DNA of 64,000 nucleotides from Diadema antillarum (Eukaryota): NCBI RefSeq assembly GCF_040938485.1, contig NW_027271097.1, positions 248,001 to 312,000 of the forward strand, read 5' to 3'. Shown piece by piece: positions 55,770 to 64,000 of this stretch (position 1 is its first letter; each line of letters starts with the position of its first letter). The notes under the pieces were generated by a model. It saw only the letters and a program-made list of their open reading frames with translations, ran no database searches and was not told where the DNA came from. The position numbers and the translations under genes were made by a program.

Positions 55770-57215
55770 ATGGGAGGACAGAACGGAAAACTTCGCAGGA
55801 ACATAGGCCTCCGGCCGGAGAGCAACGCTTCTCTCTATGGTCTCTGTATGGGGCAACCCTCGCAGGTATTCTACAGCAAGAGTTTGGAAAACTGTAGTCT
55901 AAAACTATACCGCACGGAATCGTCTGGTAACAACGGCGGTAGCTCCCAGGATGAGGTCGTGGTGCTGCTTGATTGTGGTGGACGAGTGTATGCCAACGGC
56001 AAGCGGGTGTACCCATTTGACGGTTCGGCAGGAACTTTTGGCTGCTCGTCATCAGCTGTTGACATCCCAAATGAATTTCCGAGCGTTCGATGGTCTGGTG
56101 AAATAGCCCGCATCCCCGGAGATTCCTATAAGATAGTTGGTGGGGACGATAGGCATGTCCAACCTGGTGATTATGCAGGAGCATTGAACACCTTGCTGTC
56201 CTTGGTAGCAGAGACCTTTGAACAACTGCTCAAGGATGGCCTTAAGATGCAGGAAAACATTCGCGTGCTGGAGGAGGAAAATACGGCTCTCTCCCTGAAA
56301 GTCCTGGAATTGAAAAGAGAGCAGCTACATACACAAAAGCTGGAACTGGAAAAGAAGAAACTTGAACTGCGAGTTGAGGAGCTGGAGACGAAACAAAGTA
56401 TTGCTGTTCCTGCATACCCGCAGAGACGAAAAGTGACTCCTCTGGTGCGGACTGGCTCCTTGGGTCACAATGAGGTCAGAGCCAGAACCTTGGAGCTAGA
56501 GGCAGTCGCCAGCAAAGCACGAGTGACGAATGGAGTGAATGGGGTCAATGGCGTAAACGGTCAGCACCATGAGAACGACTTGACGCGGATGCGTCCTCGA
56601 ACTTCCGCCATGACTAGAATCAAACAGATCGAGAGCGAGAGGGATGAACTCAACAAGGAGAGTGCAGTTCTACAGTTCCAGCTCGACAGACTAGCTTCAG
56701 AGCACCAATCCGCAAAGACTACCATCCAGCACACCAGTTCGCCCCGGCGTAGCCCTCCTCTGACCCAGCAACTGTCCAACAGTAGCAGCAGCAACCATCT
56801 TGGAAGTTGCAATAGTAGCCAACTCGGCAGCAGCAGCTCCCTGAAACACAAGGCCGTGACCCAGTGTCAGGAAAACGGCACCCGAGCTCACAGCAGCATG
56901 GAACAACTTAACATATCTTTCGACGGAGGCAACAGCGATAAGTATGAGAAGCTCGACGGAACATGGGAACGCTATGATACCTTGAAAAGACGCTACGAGG
57001 ACCTGAAGCAGCGACGACTGCTACGGATGAATAGGTACGCATCGCAAGATGACGTCGGAAATCAGTCACCTCGAAGTCCACGGCGAACACCTCTGCCAAT
57101 GGCTCCTGGATCGTCTGCGACTATTAATGGCTATCTAGCTGCTTCCAACGGTCTCTCGGATAACAGGAGGGGTAGTTCTGACAACAGCAGTGAGAATGGC
57201 TACGCCAGTCCCTGA
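55770..57215 (+). CDS. Uncharacterised 481-aa protein: possible N-myristoylation (MG start), N-terminal globular region, two coiled coils, Ser-rich disordered tail
   Basis: 1446-nt ORF that is markedly more GC-rich than its flanks. Good start context (aaacATGG). Heptad-rich segments at ~aa140-210 and ~aa282-312. No family recognised. Confidence 0.8.
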   Translation: MGGQNGKLRRNIGLRPESNASLYGLCMGQPSQVFYSKSLENCSLKLYRTESSGNNGGSSQDEVVVLLDCGGRVYANGKRVYPFDGSAGTFGCSSSAVDIPNEFPSVRWSGEIARIPGDSYKIVGGDDRHVQPGDYAGALNTLLSLVAETFEQLLKDGLKMQENIRVLEEENTALSLKVLELKREQLHTQKLELEKKKLELRVEELETKQSIAVPAYPQRRKVTPLVRTGSLGHNEVRARTLELEAVASKARVTNGVNGVNGVNGQHHENDLTRMRPRTSAMTRIKQIESERDELNKESAVLQFQLDRLASEHQSAKTTIQHTSSPRRSPPLTQQLSNSSSSNHLGSCNSSQLGSSSSLKHKAVTQCQENGTRAHSSMEQLNISFDGGNSDKYEKLDGTWERYDTLKRRYEDLKQRRLLRMNRYASQDDVGNQSPRSPRRTPLPMAPGSSATINGYLAASNGLSDNRRGSSDNSSENGYASP

Positions 57216-60200
57216 AGCTAGAATCCAAAATGTCTGGATTCTAATGGCCAAGTCCTGCAGCTATTAAAGGCAAGCCAGTTCTCACACTGCGTTCTAAGTA
57301 ATGGATGTCAAACCATGGCGATAGAGCGAACTTAAACGGACGTCTGGATACAACTTTTGTGGCCTTTCTTTGATCCCAAACCCAGCCTCCTGTGGATCAT
57401 GCTTTTACCAATAGACTCACAGTTCACGCTTTAAGGCTCAAGCGAAATGACAGTAGCTCCATATCTACAGTCAAAATACCAAAGATCACTAATTCTAAAT
57501 TAATGTTATGCTAATCCACCATCCAAATCATGTGAACCTCATGTCAGATACTTACAGTGTTTGACGGTACTTTTTAATCATAAACATCAGTAATTTTCTC
57601 GTAAGCGAGCTCAAAGTTGAAAGTTTACTTATTTATTAATATCATTAGAACACCCATTTACTCTATTTATCCAATGCGTTAGATTCTATGAGATTTGCTT
57701 TTTTGTCGGGGATTTATTTAACATTTTACAAAAAGGATCACAAAATATTTGATTATGAATATGTACTTTCATAAGACGCTGTCATGATAGTAAGAATCAA
57801 TTTGTAAAGAGTAATATTGTATTTGCTCAATCGGGCATAAGCTGAAAAAGGGATGAAAGTAAGAAACGATCCAACGTAAAGAAAATGTTATCTGTGTGAA
57901 GGTTGTTCCGAATCTGCTGAAATGTTTACGCCTTCTCTGGTGCCTACCAATTGAATTATAGTGTGTACATAATAAGGTTTCCCTTTGTCTTATCCGGGAT
58001 ATTAACGGAATGTAATGATGGATTCTGTCATGTACCTTTGTAACGAGCTAGTGAAGACTTTATCGTGCCCAGATCCTGACATTTGGTGCTGTCAGGGTAT
58101 GAGAGTGTCGAAGGAGAGGAAATTAAATCATGTTTAGCTTATCAGCGGAATGATGCTCATCACCACCAGGCTCCCGAGGAGATAACGGAGATTTCAATTA
58201 TGGCAAGGTGAAGCCATCTACCCCTGCTATATGCGGCCTGTTATCAACATGGTATGTGGTGGAACTCTTCCATATGCGGAGAATCGTGTGGAGGTGGAAG
58301 AATCACAATTGGATTCAGACAGCATGTGAAGTCTTGGTTATGTAAAGGCTGGCGTTGTCTTTCTTGAAAATGCAGTACTCTTCCAAAACACTGGCCGCTC
58401 CATAGTGTGATGGACAAGCTCTCCACGTGACTGAGTACTCTGTCTGTAATTGCCACTTAGCACTGTGTGTGTGGTACCGTTTGATTCTATAGCGACTCTG
58501 GGAACGCATATTCAATGAAGGGTACTCCATTTCGTCGCTCTGAGAAGAGGTTACCAGTGCGAGCTACATTAAATGCCTTGAAATTATACCAAAAGGTCAT
58601 TGACGTTACAGTATGGGTTTATGATTGAGAGAAATTGTTGTATTGTATGATGGGCCTTGATGACTTGCAATGGGGCCAAATTAACAATGAGAACAAGGCC
58701 ATGCTGTTCAAAGGGACTTTCAGCGTGTTCCACTTGATAAAGTTTGAATAGTTCTCTTTGTTCGAGGCTGTAGCTACCGACAAGAGAACAACGACCAGAT
58801 TGATCTGTGGATCTAGAATTGTCCATCGGTGATTTCTCGTAATTAAGATTTTTGTACAAGAATGTGATGCTACCAAAGTCGTCAGAACTGTCCCAAGGAA
58901 AGATTTGAATGGAAAGTTGTATGTTTAGGAAAGGATGATTGGAACAAATGAACAGGAGAAACATATGAAAGGGTACTGATCAGCTACTGATGTTTACTAA
59001 CAAACTAACAATGAGACGAATTTTGTAAAGTAGTTCCCTGTCCTTTTGTATATTAGCATATTGTATCCACGTTTCGTGGCCAAGAATTATGATTAGAATT
59101 ATACCAGTTGATGTTTGTGTAGCAAGACGAAAGAAGTACCACTTGTCGTCACTGAAAGTACAACTTAAATATAATCCGTACTACTATTTTATAGAGATTT
59201 ACAAAGGCTTAACATAATGAGTGTAAAGTTGCGGCCAGAGAAATCATTATATATATTCGATGTAGTCAACATTGCTCAATTGCTTCACACGTTAAGGATA
59301 TGATTTCGTATTTCGATAAACGAATCATCAGTTCAGATTCAAACATTCCAGAACCCAACTTAACACATCTTTCCAATGGGTACCCAAATCCGATTGTACC
59401 CATTGCATTTCTGTAGTCAAGTTTACACTATCCAATGATTTTAAAGCAGTTTAATTGCGCAACGAGCATTGATAATTTACAAATCGGGCCCTGTCGTGGG
59501 CGCAATGTTGCCCCGTAACATACATCTGACAAACTGATACACCACTGGTATATTAAGGTACGAAAGTAATCATTATTTTGTTGAGCCTTTGTAATACGCC
59601 CTAGTAAAAAGCACCCCCCCCCCATTTTTAGAATCAATGGCGAATGTGTGCATGGCTTTCTTATATAAATCATGATCTGACAGAAGGATAAATTAGTGTT
59701 TATCTTTCGCTCGTAAAGTAATGCAGTGTGCCATCATAAACAGATGCTGCTTCTGCAATGTTTGTGGTTGTTGTTCTGTCTAATGCAATGAGCCTTGTGA
59801 GAGACCCCGGTATGGCATGATATGCTATCACGTGTAGCTCTGTTTGGTGACCACTTGTTGGAGAGAAGGAAAGGCCAATTTCCGGGCCGCTTCCCAAGTC
59901 AGTTCCTCGCACAACCAGGGCTGCTTCGTTCTCTCGCTTCACTTGTGTTTGAATGCTTGCCAACATGGCGCATCATGATAAACAACATGTCATAAAATCA
60001 TAGCGGGCCAAGATGTTGAGTGGAAATAGGTACACACAAACAAAATATCCAGCATTGGATTGTATTAATTTTGAAAAGCGAAAACTGGGATATTATAAGG
60101 CACCCTGATAGAATATTTTAGCTTTTCAGATTATCACTTATCCTACTAACGTTTATGTGTGAGACATTGTTTATTCCTTAGTGATGAACTCATATGGACG

Positions 60201-63200
60201 AGGTCATCATATCAACTTGATGTATAGACCCTGCAAATTAACACGAGCGATACTATATTCGAGACCTCGACCACTTGCAGATTTTGTCAAAAGAGCTATC
60301 CACTGAGATGTGAAAGTATTTCCAGAAGTCTGATAGGAAATTCCATTGGTTTTCTCTATGACTCTGGCTGAATACTTAACATTTATCATGAAAGCGAGGT
60401 CATGAGTGTTTACCGCCTGTAATTTCAACTGGGATGTATAACTAGGATGTTGTGGTATAAAATGTAAGTGACCATTTACCACCAACCAGTGCAGCTCTCA
60501 GTGTAAAATCCTAGTCTTCCCTATACCACAGCCAGTGACGGAGCTGTCTAAAAACATAATGTCGATGTTTCTCAATGTTTTATATACACACTTACATTGT
60601 GCTTTTTGAGTCGTATGGTAAGAACAGTCAGAAGAGCTGAACAATGCATGCTCTTGACGTTCGATAACATGTCGTGACACAAGAGTCAATTAACATGAGA
60701 GTGTATTAATGACAAATTACTGAAACACATGACTGTTGTAGGAGTTCTATCTGTATTTGAATGTTGTGCCTAAAGAAAGCAGCAAGTTATATCTGCTGGA
60801 TTTAAAGAGGCATAACAATTCTGCTGAATGATGTTGTGTATCTTTGCAGTGTATCGAATCATTGAAGGGATATCTCTTCGTAAATATGAATATGTATGTA
60901 TTATAAATTACCAGTGACGGACGGCTATTACGTAATGAGTCACCGTGCCTGTAAAGTTTGCATGAAGTGGTAAAGTGAATTAATGCATGTCACTGATAGT
61001 CATTTCTGGACTTGAATAACGGATTTTTGCGGAATTTTGCCTGTGAATAACATGTTTTATAGCACCTAGATAGTGGGATATTAACATTTTCCAAGTCTTT
61101 GATTTTTTGACTTGGTAATCTATGAAATCATAGCAGTATGACGCTGCCCATCCTGTGTAAACCTTAAGATTTCGAAAAGGAGTATTGTGTATAGATACTA
61201 TATAGATACGTAGCATAGACGCTCTGTATTGATAAGTAATTGTCTTCTTAAGGCGTGAGAAATGAAAACATTAAAATCTTTTTTATTGTAATTAGGGATC
61301 GTATTGTCGCTTTGAGATTATGCTATGGTGTTTTACACTTCAAAGCGATCATTACAATATTTTCTGAAATCTCAAACTTAGAGTACAACTTGCTGTTTAC
61401 GTTAATGTTTTGCAATTGCCATAAATAGAATGGCCTCTCCCTGGATTAAAGAAAAATGTCTCAATAGCTATAAGTCTTTCATTTCGATGATCACTCACGT
61501 AACTTCTTCAAGAAATGATAATGTGAGAATAATTTTTCGGTTTTAGTGCGGACAAGCGTCTGTGCTAAAAAGTACATGATAACATATGTACGATTTAAAC
61601 CCTCATCAATTTAACGTTTTAATACACTATAGATTTCCCAGTGAATATGAAGGAAGTATAGACGCTATTTAATTTCACAACCTAGGCTCACATCATTTGC
61701 TGTACCGGTATCAGACTCTTCTGTCTCGAACAAAATATCTTCTTCATGGTACAATGGGAAATTCGACTTGCTTCTCACAAGCCGATGAATATTTACCGAA
61801 CTCTTTGTTGATTTCTTCACAACGAATAAGTGGAAAGAATTTAAGCAAAATAAACAGATACTCCGTCTAGATGCTGCTTAGCATTTCTAAATATCGTAGA
61901 GAAGCAGGACTCGGTAGGAACTATAATGAGAAAAATTTGTATAGTTTTTCTCCAGTTGATAGACCTTATATCTTTTACCATCATTGGATACCTAATGGTT
62001 TATGCTTGTTAGATGAAGCGATATTACCATGGATGTCAGAAATCCAATATAAGTATTTATAATGCTATTCGCCCAAGCTATATGTACACGTTGATTTATT
62101 TCTACGGCGATCGGTGGCGAAAGTACAGTATTTGAGACAATACCAATTACAAACATTATCAGCAATTTAATGGTCTGTCAAATCTACAAGATGATGGGTA
62201 TGCCATTTCCCCACGTATTCCCTCTGAAGTGAAAACGAATAAAAAAAACGTTTAGGAGTGGTGTGTCTGTCACGATCATTATGCAATGTACGCCATTGCG
62301 CTTTTATTAGAACTTGTTATAGCTTCCAAAGAAGTGTCATTGTCCTTTGACATGTTTGGGTATGTGTTTGTGAGGATGTGTTACTACAAACCACATCGTT
62401 TGCAATTGCATTTATGTGGGTAAAGTAGAAAAAAGGGCTAAACTACGATCAATCTTGTGGTTTGTTTTGACGATGTTCGAAAGTCCACAGTAATTATCAA
62501 GAAAACTTATGAATTTAGAAGTATATGCATACTACAAGCATGTAGATACGGTGTACATACAACAGAGCTTTTTATATGAAAACAAAAAGTGGTTAAAATC
62601 CATTGTTATTGATACCGGAAGTGCTTTATCGAAATACTAAATTTGTTTGCGTCATAAGTTTGTTGCGTCATATGTACTGTCTACTTTATGATTTGTATCC
62701 TGGATACTGTTTGCCAAAGGTCCAAGTTTGTGTTTGTTTGTTTTTATCATAAAGTGAAATATATGATGTAAAATGCTTGTCTTCATCCGTGTAATACCAT
62801 TATGATTTCCCATTTCATGGTTGAGCAATATTCTTTTTTTGACAATTGAGCAATATTGTTTACGCTTTTATGCAATTTGAAACCAGTATTTTGATTAATG
62901 GTGAACAGAATGATAAATGTGAAATAAACTCACGTAGATCATCTTAATGATCTAAACGAACAATTCCAGTGTCACATTCGTTTCCTGCAAGACAGTCTGG
63001 TCTCCATTAAACTTCCAACAATACGAGGATTTTATTTCCCTGCATGTACTACCACTACATACATTTACGAATAATGTAAATTATGGTCTTAGCAAATTCG
63101 GTTCTATCAAATGTATAATAACACCATATACAATGGTTACAAAAATTACTCATTTCCAATTACAGACACGAATTTAGGACGTTAAAGTTTTCCGAAGTTA

Positions 63201-63914
63201 TTCATTGAAAGGGAGGATCATTATCAATGAATTTCTGATTGAATTATACTTCTGTACGTATATGCTACAGGACACTTTATTGACAAAGCTGGTTCACAAT
63301 TTCAACTCGTTCAGGAAATCGTTAAGTATACATCAGTAAACTTTCAGAACAATCTGGTGTACCCTATAATATAGCTGTCAGCAGCTACACGTATAACGCC
63401 AGATGACCAAACTCGACAGAGTTTGGCTCATACCAACTCAGTTGAAGAATTATCATGAAATTGTAATGTTTAGCACCGATAACTGCTGATGAAAACAAAG
63501 AGAACGGACATCATACTGTCCTGAAGAATAGCTTGACTCAAGTCTTTCACGAACGCGTAAAGAGACATGACATGTGATAGATATATGTACACACAGATTC
63601 CGTCTTCCTGTGACGGTCTCAGCAGTGATATCAGCCCGATTGTCAGGCCTGTGTGCTTTCTTTTCTGCTCCGAAGACCATGTCAGCCCCTCGGCTCTATT
63701 CGTTGGCCGGATGAGGAAACTAAGCAAAAAGGGGTGCCCTGATTTACTCTATGATCATCGTTCATGATTTGACGACCACGCCCCGTGAATGAGGCACACT
63801 CCTCTGGGCTTTTGAAGGATGTAAGGGGAAACAATGTTCTTTAGAAACACATCCCATCTCATGCATTGTCTGTAGACTAGCATCTGGGGCTCGGAGTGAC
63901 ATTAAACAGTCAGG

Positions 63915-63916
<2 letters not shown>

Positions 63917-63987
<71 letters not shown>

Positions 63988-64000
63988 TACATATATGTGT
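63917..64000. repeat. (TA)n/(CA)n microsatellite
   Basis: Directly visible at the window end. Confidence 0.95.

Noticed and set aside
55624-57099. Minus-strand ORFs (186, 80, 96, 69, 63 aa) overlapping the 481-aa gene
   Set aside because: Antisense shadows of a GC-rich coding sequence.
58584-58964. 126-aa minus-strand ORF as an exon
   Set aside because: No recognisable family and no partner exons found; length is compatible with chance.
63453-63992. Overlapping 66-85 aa ORFs near the window end
   Set aside because: Partly microsatellite-derived, partly a probable unclassified repeat; no supportable call.

Overview
AT-rich, intron-containing invertebrate genomic DNA. It is probably echinoderm (sea-urchin-like), inferred only from repeat types and gene style. 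Five protein-coding genes can be supported: two tandem 7-exon DNase II (plancitoxin-like) paralogs on + (copy A 4220-10421, copy B 13412-23143), SURF2 on - (6 exons, 28528-33789), a two-CDGSH CISD3/MiNT-type gene on - (3 coding exons, 38406-41696), and an intronless 481-aa coiled-coil ORF on + (55770-57215) that I cannot assign. The rest is dense with 5'-truncated LINEs (L1/Tx1, CR1-type), SINE fragments, TTAA- and TA-flanked MITEs, two pearl/Tsp/HINE-like elements, microsatellites and two assembly gaps. The key observation is that DNase II copy A keeps an intact 359-codon frame, all splice sites and the other conserved motifs, yet both catalytic histidines are replaced (GHTKG->GQTKG; DHSKW->DSSKW), while the adjacent copy B keeps both. 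This looks like an active nuclease paired with a candidate pseudo-nuclease. All gene models and counts were made by hand and need computational confirmation.
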